64,000 bases of DNA from Alphaproteobacteria bacterium (GCA_012103315.1 WLWZ01000011.1:11869-75868), one strand, 5' to 3'. Positions 27,700 to 38,099 are shown, numbered from the stretch's first letter. The notes: generated by a model not told the origin, from the sequence alone. Made by a program: numbers and translations.

Positions 27700-29196
27700 T
27701 CAATCCACATTGATGCCGGATTCTTTAGCGGCGTGCCGGCCTGCCCGACGACCTGAGGTGAAGGCCCAGCCAATATGATGGCCATGTCCTTTGAGCATTA
27801 GCCCGCCTTGGCCGGCGGAAGCAGCCGCAAAGACTCCGGGAATGGCAGTGTCGTTTTCGCCCAATAGACGATGATCTTCATCAACGGCAAGACCGCCATC
27901 GGTCAAGACGATATAGCTCTTAGCCGGACCCAACGCATAGAACGGCCCTGATGATAATTTTGTTTCGCTTGTTGCATTATGGGCTTCAACGGATTTCTTG
28001 AACTCCTCGGGTGGCATATCCATGGCACCGGCAAGTGTCATAACGGTCTCAGCCTTATGAAAAATATCAGGTCGAGTTTTTCGAAAGTCATCGAGATAGG
28101 CGTATGAAACGCCCGGTGCGGTAGCGATAAAATCGGGCCACGCTGAATACTTTGCTGCCAATTCGCTATCCAGGATGACATAACCAATCTTGTCCGGTTC
28201 GGAGGCGATGGCGAGACCGAGCTTTGACGGCTCGTCGGTAATACGTTGCCCGTTTTTATTCACGAGCAAGGCACCATTGGTAAAAAGAGCGAGTTCCGGA
28301 GCCATAGAAGTCGTGGTGAAACCCAGTACGAAAGGGCGAAGAATTCGATCTGGTAAATACTTCAAGGCGAACCGCATAAATTTGGTGACGACTGGCCAGG
28401 GCGGTAGCATGCGATCAATTGTTTCTCTCGGCGGAGCGATAAATCTCAGCGTTGGACCGGAAAGAACGTCACCATTCAATACTTTGGCACCAAGCGGAAA
28501 AGCCATTTCATGGCCATCGCCGGTGGCGTTGGGGTTCATGGCATCAACCAAGGCGACTTCTGGTGAAATGTATTGAGCCTTGAGTTTATGGTTGGCGGCG
28601 TAGTCACCACTGGCAAGGACGACGGTCTTGGCGTGAACTTCCGTTATGCCTAACGGCATTTCGCATCGAGCCCCGACAACGCGATCACCGTCGAGCAGGA
28701 ATTTGTTAGCACGGCTATTGCAACGGATTTCGACTCCAATTTTGGCAGCATATTTTCCGAGATGGTGGATATAGGCTCGCGAATTGGGCAGGACGTTATG
28801 CATACGCGGTTTACGATGCGGTGGCTCAGGCATCGGGCCGAAAAACTCGACGCCCATCGACATCAGCCAGCGCAACGTCTCATTGGCATTGTCGACGAAA
28901 ATACGACGTAGTTTGGGATTGTCTCGATCGGCCTGATCACCAGAAAACTTGGGCATATCTTCAAAATGCTCGTCGGGTGTATCGACAATGCCGTCCGAGA
29001 GCTGGTGCGGAGTTTGCGTGGCCGAAAAAGACCCAATTGACCAGGCGGTGGTTCCGCCCAGTTCAGGATTTTTCTCGATGAGCATGACTTTGGCACCATG
29101 AGTTCGGGCTTCGATAGCTGCTGCCAAACCGGCGCCACCCCCGCCGACGACTAATACATCACAACTCAAAGATTGCTCTTCGGACACGTATCCCAC
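27700..29196 (-). CDS. FAD-dependent oxidoreductase (fumarate reductase flavoprotein / KstD-like)
   Basis: DVLVVGGGGAGL, EK...GGTT, VVLASGDY, TGDG, VNKNGQR, TDGGL and AFTSGRRAG. Confidence 0.8.
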   Translation of the reverse strand: MGYVSEEQSLSCDVLVVGGGGAGLAAAIEARTHGAKVMLIEKNPELGGTTAWSIGSFSATQTPHQLSDGIVDTPDEHFEDMPKFSGDQADRDNPKLRRIFVDNANETLRWLMSMGVEFFGPMPEPPHRKPRMHNVLPNSRAYIHHLGKYAAKIGVEIRCNSRANKFLLDGDRVVGARCEMPLGITEVHAKTVVLASGDYAANHKLKAQYISPEVALVDAMNPNATGDGHEMAFPLGAKVLNGDVLSGPTLRFIAPPRETIDRMLPPWPVVTKFMRFALKYLPDRILRPFVLGFTTTSMAPELALFTNGALLVNKNGQRITDEPSKLGLAIASEPDKIGYVILDSELAAKYSAWPDFIATAPGVSYAYLDDFRKTRPDIFHKAETVMTLAGAMDMPPEEFKKSVEAHNATSETKLSSGPFYALGPAKSYIVLTDGGLAVDEDHRLLGENDTAIPGVFAAASAGQGGLMLKGHGHHIGWAFTSGRRAGRHAAKESGINVD

Positions 29197-29340
29197 CCTT
29201 ATTAAACGTTATAGTTGTGTTGAGTTTATGCCAGCGATTGAGCATTGCCAAGTTCGCGAAATTGACCCTACTGCGGTAACCGAGTCTGCGGTAGCGTAGG
29301 GGATAAGCTGTGTTGGTTTGTTTGACTAAAAGGATGCGTA

Positions 29341-30336
29341 ATGAAGATCGACGTTTTTAACCATGTGTTCCCCAATGAGTTCTTTGAAGCCGCTGAAAAG
29401 CTGATGCCAGCGCGCGCTGTAAAGCGTTGGAAGGCGATGGAAGAACTCTACGATATGGATGCCCGAATGAAGGTAATCGATAAGTTTGACGATTATCAGC
29501 AGATCATTTCCATATCTCAGCCACCGTTAGATATCATCGCGGGGCCAAATGATTCGCCTGAGCTCGCCCGCGTCGCGAATGATGGTATGGCGCGCATTTG
29601 TCGGGAATACCCAGATCGCATGCCGTGGTTTATCGCAGCATTACCGATGAATAATACAGATGAAGCTATCCGCGAAGTTGACCGCGTTCTCGATGAACAT
29701 GGTGCCGTGGGTTTTCAGATCCATTCGAATGTTGGCGGCAAACCGCTTGATGCGCCAGAGTTCCGTGACATTTTTGCGAAGATCGCCGAACGAGGGAAAT
29801 GTGTCTGGCTTCACCCAACACGACCAGCAAGCCATGCAGATTATTTGACCGAAGACCAGTCACACTACGAAATGTTTTGGGGCATCGGCTGGGCTTATGA
29901 GACGACAGCCGCGATGTGCCGGATGGTTTGTTCGGGCATGTTTGATGAAATCCCCAACTTCCATGTCATGGCACATCACTGGGGTGCCTATATTCCGCAC
30001 GCGGAAGGTCGTATGCCACTGTGGGAGGCACGGAACGGGACTATGTCGGCGGATGGTAGGTCCTTTGCCGATGATCTTGAAAAGCCGATGCTCGATTATT
30101 TCAAAATGTTTTATGGTGATACGGCGATGTTTGGCGCTAAGGCACAAAGCCAAGCAGGGCTGGATTTCTTTGGGTCTGGCAATTCGTTCTTTGCCACGGA
30201 TGCGCCGTATGACCTCACAGGTGGCGAGGATAATATTCGGGAAACCATCGACGTTATCGAGAGTCTAAATTGTACCGATGAAGACCGCCAGGTGATCTAC
30301 GAGGACAATACGAGAAAGCTCATCCTTGGTGAATAG
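29341..30336 (+). CDS. Amidohydrolase_2 family protein (ACMSD/LigW-like decarboxylase or hydratase)
   Basis: IDVFNH, NDGMA, WLHP, W.YETT, HHWG, YGDTA and FATDAPY. Confidence 0.85.
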   Translation: MKIDVFNHVFPNEFFEAAEKLMPARAVKRWKAMEELYDMDARMKVIDKFDDYQQIISISQPPLDIIAGPNDSPELARVANDGMARICREYPDRMPWFIAALPMNNTDEAIREVDRVLDEHGAVGFQIHSNVGGKPLDAPEFRDIFAKIAERGKCVWLHPTRPASHADYLTEDQSHYEMFWGIGWAYETTAAMCRMVCSGMFDEIPNFHVMAHHWGAYIPHAEGRMPLWEARNGTMSADGRSFADDLEKPMLDYFKMFYGDTAMFGAKAQSQAGLDFFGSGNSFFATDAPYDLTGGEDNIRETIDVIESLNCTDEDRQVIYEDNTRKLILGE

Positions 30337-31065
30337 ATGACCGAATTCGACGCTATTATTCCACGGGCTCGGTTGGGTTTTATCATTCCGTCATCAAACC
30401 GGATGGTAGAACCGCAATTGCAGCATTACTGCCCGGATGGCGTCGTTCCCCATTTTAACCGGATCGGCATGACCAATCGGCATAAGGCGCCGCTCGATGA
30501 GTTGATGCCGCGGATACTATTGGCCGCTGAATTGCTCGGTGATTCCAAATGCGACGTGACGGTATTGCAATGTACCGGGACGTCGATGTCGGGCGGTGTC
30601 GAGAACGAACGAGAGGTCATCTCGGCGATTGAGGATTTGACCGGAAAGCCGGCAGCCTCGGCGGCTTCTTCGCTGATGGATGCTTTTCAGGCGATAGATG
30701 CACAGCGTTTGGTGTTTGTGTCGGAAACCCCTCAGGCCGGCCATGACAAAAAACTGGCCTTTTTGAGAGAGGCTGGGCTGGACATCATTGCGGACAAGGC
30801 AATGGAACTCGGGGGCAGTGATATCTATTGCAGCACGCCACCTGAATTCTGGTTTGAGAATGTAATGGCCATGCGCAATGACGATGCTGATGCTTACTTC
30901 GTCAGTTGCGCCAATATCCACAGTGTCGATGTTATCGAAGCCCTGGAAGATGAGCTTGGTCGACCCGTGATCACCAGCAATCAGGCGGCGCTTTGGTCAG
31001 CGCTCCGCCTGGCTGGTTTAAACGACAATATCTCCGCTTTGGGCCGGTTATTTAAGACCGGCTAA
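30337..31065 (+). CDS. Maleate cis-trans isomerase / arylmalonate decarboxylase family
   Basis: GFIIPSSN; two catalytic Cys in LQCTGTS and VSCANI; PVITSNQA. Confidence 0.8.
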   Translation: MTEFDAIIPRARLGFIIPSSNRMVEPQLQHYCPDGVVPHFNRIGMTNRHKAPLDELMPRILLAAELLGDSKCDVTVLQCTGTSMSGGVENEREVISAIEDLTGKPAASAASSLMDAFQAIDAQRLVFVSETPQAGHDKKLAFLREAGLDIIADKAMELGGSDIYCSTPPEFWFENVMAMRNDDADAYFVSCANIHSVDVIEALEDELGRPVITSNQAALWSALRLAGLNDNISALGRLFKTG

Positions 31066-31073
31066 ACGGTTTC

Positions 31074-32039
31074 TTAGTCTGGCGCGTCTTCGCCAGGCAC
31101 AACACCGATAGCCGCAAGCGCATCCGCGACGAAATTCTCGGCAATCACATCTTCCCGCGTCACTTTGGGGAGGGAGGGGTTGAGCTTGTAAAACAACTCC
31201 ATCTCATCCTTCCAGTGACCTGTGGTCAGCTCACCATTGATGGCGAAGCCTGCGGTGTCGTGTTCCTGCTGCCAGATGGTTTGGACGTCTTCTTCAGGAA
31301 CTGGGACGGTAACGTAATGGTCATAGACCTTTTTGAACGTCTCAAAGTCATTGTGGAGTGCCCGCGACGCGTTGATCATACCTCGGGTAAGGCGATTGAG
31401 CTCTTCAACATGACCTTGTTCGTAGGCTTCGAGAGTGCCCAGCACACCATGTGGCTGAACAGGAACCAATTTCTTGAGATCGGCAAAGCCAAGCAATGTG
31501 TGCAAACTATTGCTGGAATCCTGGTTTAAAGAAATCGCTTCCTCGACCCGGATAAGGGAGACGTCAATTGTATCGCCGAGCAATCTATCGATACGTTCTG
31601 GCGGTGGGCCTACGGCTTGCCAGTCGATCTCGCTCTCTTCGATGTCGAGCGCTGCAACCAGCAATCGGGCCATATGATGGCTTAGCGCGCCGAATCCATC
31701 GAGTGCCCAGGAACAACCCTTCAGCTGAGCGGGGTCCGTGATTCGGCTCTGGGTGACAAGGTTTTGCGCGAGCCCACGCGCCATTGAAACGATGACGCGA
31801 ACTGGCTGTCCTTCTGATCGGAATTTAAGAACCGGACCAAGTCCACCATAGGAAACATCGACAACATCGTCGAGGACGGCCTGCATAGCGGCAACGCCGC
31901 CATGAACTGGTGTCCAGGTTACATCGAGGTTTTCGTCTTCCCAGCAACCGAGAAGGGTCGCTGCGGCACAGGCAAGATCATCGACGCCGAAGGTCGGTCC
32001 TGACCCTGCTGCGAGCCGGATAGAAAGTGTGTCACTCAT
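31074..32039 (-). CDS. NMT1/SsuA-like periplasmic-binding-fold protein lacking a signal peptide
   Basis: GCWEDENLDV, GGVAAMQAV, LKGCSWALDGFGALSH and VGPPPERIDRL. Confidence 0.65.
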   Translation of the reverse strand: MSDTLSIRLAAGSGPTFGVDDLACAAATLLGCWEDENLDVTWTPVHGGVAAMQAVLDDVVDVSYGGLGPVLKFRSEGQPVRVIVSMARGLAQNLVTQSRITDPAQLKGCSWALDGFGALSHHMARLLVAALDIEESEIDWQAVGPPPERIDRLLGDTIDVSLIRVEEAISLNQDSSNSLHTLLGFADLKKLVPVQPHGVLGTLEAYEQGHVEELNRLTRGMINASRALHNDFETFKKVYDHYVTVPVPEEDVQTIWQQEHDTAGFAINGELTTGHWKDEMELFYKLNPSLPKVTREDVIAENFVADALAAIGVVPGEDAPD

Positions 32040-32050
32040 GATTTGTTCCT

Positions 32051-33166
32051 TTAAGGCGCTACGGTTGTATCGAGATGAATATGAATTGGTTCTTCGCTGT
32101 CTTTGATTTCACGACCCAGTAATTGCACGGCCTTCTCTGCTTCACCGAGGGAATAGTTATGGGTGCATAGTTTTCCAAGGTCTTGCCACTTGTCGGTCAG
32201 GATTTCGACGGCGCGGGCGGTGTCCTCCCAATCCGAGGACAGGACACCGAGCATTGAAATTTCGTTGAACAGCAATTTGTCGCTATAGAAATTATTGAGC
32301 GCGTTATGTGTTTTGACACCGGCGACCACCAGCGTGCCACCTTTTCTCAGCATTTCCACGCCTTGGATCAAGGGTTCAACAGCGCCCATCGAGACATCCA
32401 AGACGATATCTGCTTTGCGGCCACCAGTAATCTCATGGACCCGTTCGACAGGATCTTCGGTTTCGACATTGATCGTTGCATCGGCGCCCAGTTCTTTGGC
32501 GACCTGCAAACGGTATTCGTCTGCTGCTGTGCCCGTCACGATAATCTGTCCGGCCCCCATTTCCTTGGCGACAAGGACACTGAGTAACCCTCGTTGGCCG
32601 GGGCCTTCGATAACGATGGTTTGACCTTCCCGCAAATTGGGGCGCGCCCAGGCCCAACGCACCGCATTTGAGAGCGGGTTGTTAAGGCTCATGATATCGG
32701 TCGGTATGTGATCAGGGATCTTATGCATCCGCGCCTTAGGGTGTAGATAAAGATGTGATGCGTAACCACCCCAAAGGTGCGGCTCGTTGTCGAACCCCAT
32801 TCGAATGCCATACCCCATATTGGCATCACAGAAGATAGGACGGCCGTCGTGACAGGCGAGACATTCGCCGCACGGGATCGAGGTTTCGACGATGACGCGG
32901 TCACCCTCTTTTACGTTCCATTTCTTGGCGGCGTTGGCGCCAACCTTATCGATCCAACCGAAAATCTCGTGTCCTGGTGTAATGGGCAGAGTTCCGTGCG
33001 GGGTGCCAATAAAGTGCCCGTCATATTGTTCGTAGTCAGTGCCGCACAGTCCGGCCGCTTCGATACGAAGGATGCCTTCGTCCGCGCCGATATTGGGAAT
33101 CGGAACCTCGCGGGTCTCAAATTTACGTTTCTCAACAAGTACGGCGGCGTATGCGGTCTCGGTCAT
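32051..33166 (-). CDS. Zinc-dependent medium-chain dehydrogenase
   Basis: GLCGTD, PGHE, structural Zn CGECLAC...C and EGPGQRG. Confidence 0.88.
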   Translation of the reverse strand: MTETAYAAVLVEKRKFETREVPIPNIGADEGILRIEAAGLCGTDYEQYDGHFIGTPHGTLPITPGHEIFGWIDKVGANAAKKWNVKEGDRVIVETSIPCGECLACHDGRPIFCDANMGYGIRMGFDNEPHLWGGYASHLYLHPKARMHKIPDHIPTDIMSLNNPLSNAVRWAWARPNLREGQTIVIEGPGQRGLLSVLVAKEMGAGQIIVTGTAADEYRLQVAKELGADATINVETEDPVERVHEITGGRKADIVLDVSMGAVEPLIQGVEMLRKGGTLVVAGVKTHNALNNFYSDKLLFNEISMLGVLSSDWEDTARAVEILTDKWQDLGKLCTHNYSLGEAEKAVQLLGREIKDSEEPIHIHLDTTVAP

Positions 33167-33169
33167 TAA

Positions 33170-34000
33170 TTAGCTCCGTCCACCAACAGCGATTTTATCT
33201 GCCGTGGTGTTTGTAAATTTTGCGCGGGTGTTCTCCATGAACTTAATGCAGTCAGGATCGTAGTCGTGCTGGGGCTGAGGGTCGATCCCCCAATTGTCAC
33301 CGACGTTTTCACCGCGCACCAGCATTGCGGTGGCGCCGTCGAAACGCGTCTCTTTAACGTGTGGCGCGACATAATGGATCGAGAACCCAACGCGGGGGTG
33401 ATTGGCATTATTGGGTCCTGACCCATGCACAACGCTTTCATGATGTAACACAACTTGGCCTGCATTGACCTCTGCGAAGATGGCTTTGTCCTCAGGAACA
33501 TCGATAACGGTTTGACCTTGCTGAACCAGGTTATGTTCGTGCTTCTTAATCTCATGAATAGCGGGCGGACCTTTATGGGTGCCCGGAATATACTGCACGC
33601 AACCGGACTCGACCGTTGCGTCGTTGAACGCCAGCCAAGCTGTCACTGTTTCTGCCGGTTCAAGCCCGTAATAGAAGCTGTCGGTGTGCCAGGACACAAA
33701 CCTCGGGTCGTTGGCTTTCTTGGTAAAAAACGAGGCGCCCCAACACAGGATATTCGGCCCGAGAATGTCTTCGATTGCGTCCAACAGGTTTTCGTTGCGT
33801 ACGACATCGCATAGCCAGGGAAATGGTAGGTGCGCTTTGATTCGAAATTTCTTTTGCGGTTCGTGGCCGAGCCGTTTCTCCATTGCTGCAAAATTTTCAT
33901 GTAAGCTCGCAGCCTCGTCGGGAGTGTACGCTTCTACGGGAAACAGGAATCCGTTTTCATCAAATTCCCTGACCTGTTCCTCTGTCAAAACATTTGGCAT
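33170..34000 (-). CDS. Phytanoyl-CoA dioxygenase (PhyH) family Fe(II)/2OG oxygenase
   Basis: WHTD (HxD), TAWLA, IPGTH, HGSGPN and distal R; ATG at 34000. Confidence 0.88.
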   Translation of the reverse strand: MPNVLTEEQVREFDENGFLFPVEAYTPDEAASLHENFAAMEKRLGHEPQKKFRIKAHLPFPWLCDVVRNENLLDAIEDILGPNILCWGASFFTKKANDPRFVSWHTDSFYYGLEPAETVTAWLAFNDATVESGCVQYIPGTHKGPPAIHEIKKHEHNLVQQGQTVIDVPEDKAIFAEVNAGQVVLHHESVVHGSGPNNANHPRVGFSIHYVAPHVKETRFDGATAMLVRGENVGDNWGIDPQPQHDYDPDCIKFMENTRAKFTNTTADKIAVGGRS

Positions 34001-34119
34001 GTGCAACACTCCACAATCGATCTTTGCTTTCCCATTTTGGCGCGAATTGCTTCCGATTACCAATATCGGCACCATCGATAGGGAATTCCGTTATAATGAT
34101 CAAAATATGGGAGGATGAA

Positions 34120-34563
34120 ATGGCAGACAAGAAAGCAAAGGCACTCGGGATCAATCACATCGTGCTTGAAGTTGGTGATCTCGATGATGCGCTGGAATTC
34201 TATGGGAAACTATTTGATTTCAGCCTACGTGGCCGGAACGACAAAAATGCGTTTATTGATCTTGGTGATCAATTTATCCAGCTTCGTCTTGGTAGAACGC
34301 AGGAAGCAGATGGAGCCCGGCATTTTGGATTTGTGGTGGATGATCGAGCACCGGTAGAGCAAGCACTAAAAGAAATGGGTGTTGAGTTGCTTGAGCGGGG
34401 CATGAATTTTCGTGATCCCTGGGGCAATCGTGTTGAGATCGTTCCTTATGATGACATTCAGTTTAGTAAGGCACCGAATGTTCTTCGGGGTATGGGATTA
34501 GAGGGGCTAAAGAAAACACCTGCGGCCATCGAAGAGCTGACAAAAAAGGATATGGCGCCTTAG
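34120..34563 (+). CDS. VOC/glyoxalase family protein
   Basis: GINHIVLEVGDL, RHFGFVV and RDPWGNRVEIV. Confidence 0.85.
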   Translation: MADKKAKALGINHIVLEVGDLDDALEFYGKLFDFSLRGRNDKNAFIDLGDQFIQLRLGRTQEADGARHFGFVVDDRAPVEQALKEMGVELLERGMNFRDPWGNRVEIVPYDDIQFSKAPNVLRGMGLEGLKKTPAAIEELTKKDMAP

Positions 34564-34657
34564 GAGCCCAATCCGGTAACGAAACCGTTATTGGCGGATT
34601 GCCAGGCGGGGCACATATTGGGATCAAGAAAACAGGCGGGGCAAAGGAGACAGCATC

Positions 34658-36199
34658 ATGAATGACATGAGCATGGAAAAGACGTTTGATTTTATCCAGA
34701 CAGCGAATGACATCCTGATTTCGCTGGTCGTGTTTGCGCTCGGAGTCGGCATCGTTGTTGTAGCAGTTCTCTATGTCATCGACGTAACCCAAACAAAACA
34801 GGCGGTACGTCGGAACTTTCCGGTTGTTGGACGTTTCCGATATTTGTTTGAACATATGGGGGAGTTTTTTCGTCAGTATTTTTTCGCGATGGATCGTGAA
34901 GAAATGCCTTTCAATCGGGCGCAACGCTCGTGGGTTTATCGAGCGGCCAAGAACGTCAGTACGCAGCTCGCCTTTGGGTCAACGCGTGACATCACGCCGC
35001 CTGGGACAATTTTTTTCGTTAACTGCCCGTTTCCAACGTTAGAAGTAGATGCGGCTGAACCGGGTCAGGTTACAGTCGGGCCTTACTGTGAAAACCCTTA
35101 TACGACGACCTCGTTCTTTAATGTCTCCGGTATGAGCTATGGCGCTATTTCGGAACCTGCAGTACGCGCGCTTTCCAACGGTGCCAAGGCAGCGGGAAGT
35201 TGGATGAATACTGGTGAAGGCGGGCTGTCGCCATTCCACCTAGAAGGTGGGTGCGATATCGTCTTTCAGATGGGCACGGCCAAGTACGGTGTTCGCGACC
35301 AAAATGGTGAATTATCAGACGAAAAGTTGAGGGGCATCGCCGCTCACGAGCAGGTTCGGATGTTCGAGATCAAATTAAGCCAGGGCGCGAAACCAGGTAA
35401 AGGTGGCATTCTGCCAGGCGGTAAAGTGTCAGCAGAAATCGCCACAATTCGCGGAATACCCGAAGGTCAGGATTCTATTAGCCCAAACCGGCACCCTGAT
35501 ATCGATAATGTTGAAGACATGATCAATATGATTGATCGTATCCGGAAGGTGACCGGTAAACCGGTTGGCATAAAATGTGTCATTGGTGCCTATGGCTGGC
35601 TTGATAGCCTGTTCAAAGCGATTACCGAGCGCGGTATTGAAAGTGCGCCGGACTTTATCACCGTCGATTCTGGTGATGGCGGAACCGGGGCTGCGCCCAT
35701 GGCATTGCTCGACTATGTCGGCCTACCGGTAAAGGAAAGCCTGCCAATGGTTGTCGATACACTGACACGACACGGTCTTAAGGATCGCGTGAAAGTGATT
35801 TCATCCGGCAAGTTGGTGACGCCAGAGGAAGTGGCCTGGGCGCTTTGTGCAGGCGCTGATTTTGTTGTCTCCGCGCGCGGATTTATGTTCGCGCTCGGCT
35901 GTATCCAGGCTTTGCAATGCGACAAAAATACCTGTCCAACCGGGATCACGACGCATAACAAGCGCTTGCAAAAAGGCCTCGATCCAACCGACAAAGCTGA
36001 GCGGGTCATGAACTACATTAAGACGATGCGAAAAGAGGTCGGCATAATTGCTCATTCCTGTGGCGTGAAAGAGGCCCGACATTTGCGTCGCTACCATTGT
36101 CGTGTCGTCATGGCAGATGGCAAATCCAAGGCACTTGATGAGGTTTTTCCTGAACATCGGTCTCCCGGTTCAAAACAGGAAAGTGAAGCCGCGGCTTGA
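34658..36199 (+). CDS. FMN-binding glutamate synthase family protein (stand-alone)
   Basis: N-terminal TM helix; SGMSYGA, NTGEGG, IKLSQGAKPGKGG, DGGTGAA and 3Fe-4S motif CIQALQCDKNTCPTG. Confidence 0.92.
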   Translation: MNDMSMEKTFDFIQTANDILISLVVFALGVGIVVVAVLYVIDVTQTKQAVRRNFPVVGRFRYLFEHMGEFFRQYFFAMDREEMPFNRAQRSWVYRAAKNVSTQLAFGSTRDITPPGTIFFVNCPFPTLEVDAAEPGQVTVGPYCENPYTTTSFFNVSGMSYGAISEPAVRALSNGAKAAGSWMNTGEGGLSPFHLEGGCDIVFQMGTAKYGVRDQNGELSDEKLRGIAAHEQVRMFEIKLSQGAKPGKGGILPGGKVSAEIATIRGIPEGQDSISPNRHPDIDNVEDMINMIDRIRKVTGKPVGIKCVIGAYGWLDSLFKAITERGIESAPDFITVDSGDGGTGAAPMALLDYVGLPVKESLPMVVDTLTRHGLKDRVKVISSGKLVTPEEVAWALCAGADFVVSARGFMFALGCIQALQCDKNTCPTGITTHNKRLQKGLDPTDKAERVMNYIKTMRKEVGIIAHSCGVKEARHLRRYHCRVVMADGKSKALDEVFPEHRSPGSKQESEAAA

Positions 36200-36266
36200 A
36201 GGCTGGCGCCAGAACGCCTGATCGATCATTATTAAGTATCGATTGAGTGCTTACACAGGTGACATC

Positions 36267-36782
36267 ATGTCCGGTTTTAAGAGCGACGCTTTCAAAGGTG
36301 CCGATACTATAAAATATGAGGAACCGCGCAGAGTCGCTGCGACAGGTATTCTTCATTTTACAATTGGCGTAACCGACCTTGAGGTGTCACGGAAATTCTA
36401 CGAAGAGGTCGTTGGCTGTACCTATTGGCGGCAGAATGACACCACGGTGTTTATGAAGGCCGGTGAGGACTATTTCGTTTTGTCGCGGACGGGGTATCAT
36501 CAACCACCCAATAAGCCTCAGGATTCGCTTATCCATCACGCCTTCATGGTTGATGGAGCTGATTTCGATGCAGCAATGTCTCACTTGGAGGACCAAGACG
36601 TTGAGATCTTGCTTTATGAAGATACAGGACATCGTAGTTTTTCAGGTCGCCACGCGTACTTTCATGACCCCGATGGCAACGGCATTGAGATTATTGATTT
36701 TCAGGGTGTGGGCGACATCTCTGCTGAAGCTTATCAGGGGCGTCAACGGCGTCTTCCCAAATCACATCTGTCCGGGGAGTAA
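36267..36782 (+). CDS. VOC/glyoxalase family protein
   Basis: GILHFTIGV, IHHAF and YFHDPDGNGIEI. Confidence 0.85.
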   Translation: MSGFKSDAFKGADTIKYEEPRRVAATGILHFTIGVTDLEVSRKFYEEVVGCTYWRQNDTTVFMKAGEDYFVLSRTGYHQPPNKPQDSLIHHAFMVDGADFDAAMSHLEDQDVEILLYEDTGHRSFSGRHAYFHDPDGNGIEIIDFQGVGDISAEAYQGRQRRLPKSHLSGE

Positions 36783-36791
36783 CGAGTCGTT

Positions 36792-37982
36792 ATGGAGGGA
36801 AGTGTTTCGGGATCTACGACGGTCACGCATAAAGAAATTGTCGCGTGGGCAACTGCTCTTGTCCCTTTCTTGCGCGAGAAAGCAGCCGAGACCGAAAATC
36901 GTCGCTCGATGTTGCCGGAAGTTTATGATCGTTTAAATGAGGCTGGTCTTCTTGGCATAACGTTGGCGCCGGGTCTTGGGGGGCTTGGTATGGGCTTACC
37001 CACACATCTTGAAGCCGTCATGGAAACGGCGCGTGGATGCGGTTCCACTGCCTGGCTACACAGTCTGATCGGCAATCAAAACTATCTCGTTGGTTGGTAT
37101 CCGCCGCAGGCGCAAAATGAAGTCCGGGCAGCAGGTGGATCACTGTTTACGTGTCTGGTTATGGGCGCAACCATCACGGCGGATAAAGCCGAAGGCGGCG
37201 TACGGCTTACCGGAAGTTGGCCATATGTATCTGGTGTAGACCAGGCGAATTGGTTGATGCTTAGTGCGCATGACCCTGACAACCCGAAACGCAACCTGAC
37301 ATGTCTCATTCCGAAATCTTCAGTCTCGGTAAAAGATGACTGGTATTGCTTTGGTATGAAGGGAACGGGCAGTAAAACGGTCTCGTTAGATGACGAATTT
37401 GTGCCTGATCATCGCGTTTTGTGCTTCCGCGAGGCCGAACAAAACGGAATCCCCGGTTCTGCGATAAACGATGGGCTGCTCTACAAAACGAGCCCCAATT
37501 CTACGGTGTTTGCATTTGTCGTTGCCGCTCCGGCCGTGGGGCTGGCGCAGTGTGCTATTGAAGCTTATCGGGATCGTTTAAAAAGTCGGACCAATGCGCG
37601 GATGCCATCAGCGCAATCAGAGTGGGCGTCTTCGCAGCAACGTCTGGGGCGCGCTAGAACGCAATGTGATATCGCGAAGGCGACAGTGCTTGAGAGTGCC
37701 CACAAACTGATGAAACAGCTGGAGGCGGGACAACGTATTTCGGCTGAAGATCGGATTCGCTATCGCATGGCGATGGTCGAAATCGTGCGTCTCTGTAGTG
37801 AGCTCGTCTATGACCTCTTCTGTGATGCTGGAACAGGCGTCATGATGGACGACAGCGGCTTACAACGTGCTTTCCGTGATATACATGTCTTGAGGAGCCA
37901 CTTCGTGATCCTGCCTGAATTTGCGACCGAGAATGCTGGACGAATACAGCTTGGACTCGATCCAACAGGGCCATTTGTGTAA
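36792..37982 (+). CDS. Flavin-dependent monooxygenase oxygenase subunit (acyl-CoA dehydrogenase fold, HsaA/C2-like)
   Basis: GCGSTAW, G.W.YVSGVD, DDW...GMKGTGS, FVPDHR and LQRAFRDIH. Confidence 0.85.
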   Translation: MEGSVSGSTTVTHKEIVAWATALVPFLREKAAETENRRSMLPEVYDRLNEAGLLGITLAPGLGGLGMGLPTHLEAVMETARGCGSTAWLHSLIGNQNYLVGWYPPQAQNEVRAAGGSLFTCLVMGATITADKAEGGVRLTGSWPYVSGVDQANWLMLSAHDPDNPKRNLTCLIPKSSVSVKDDWYCFGMKGTGSKTVSLDDEFVPDHRVLCFREAEQNGIPGSAINDGLLYKTSPNSTVFAFVVAAPAVGLAQCAIEAYRDRLKSRTNARMPSAQSEWASSQQRLGRARTQCDIAKATVLESAHKLMKQLEAGQRISAEDRIRYRMAMVEIVRLCSELVYDLFCDAGTGVMMDDSGLQRAFRDIHVLRSHFVILPEFATENAGRIQLGLDPTGPFV

Positions 37983-38099
37983 AGCGCTCTCGACTTCGGG
38001 TTTATTTGCCGATGAGGTTGTTAATCCGCTCGTTTTCCTTTCCTATATTTGTAAAGAATAACAAACGGCTTCACCTAAACGTTCAAGAGTGGATTGATT

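Noticed and set aside
34658..36199. Canonical gltB glutamate synthase
   Set aside because: Only the FMN/3Fe-4S domain with an N-terminal TM helix; no amidotransferase domain or gltD
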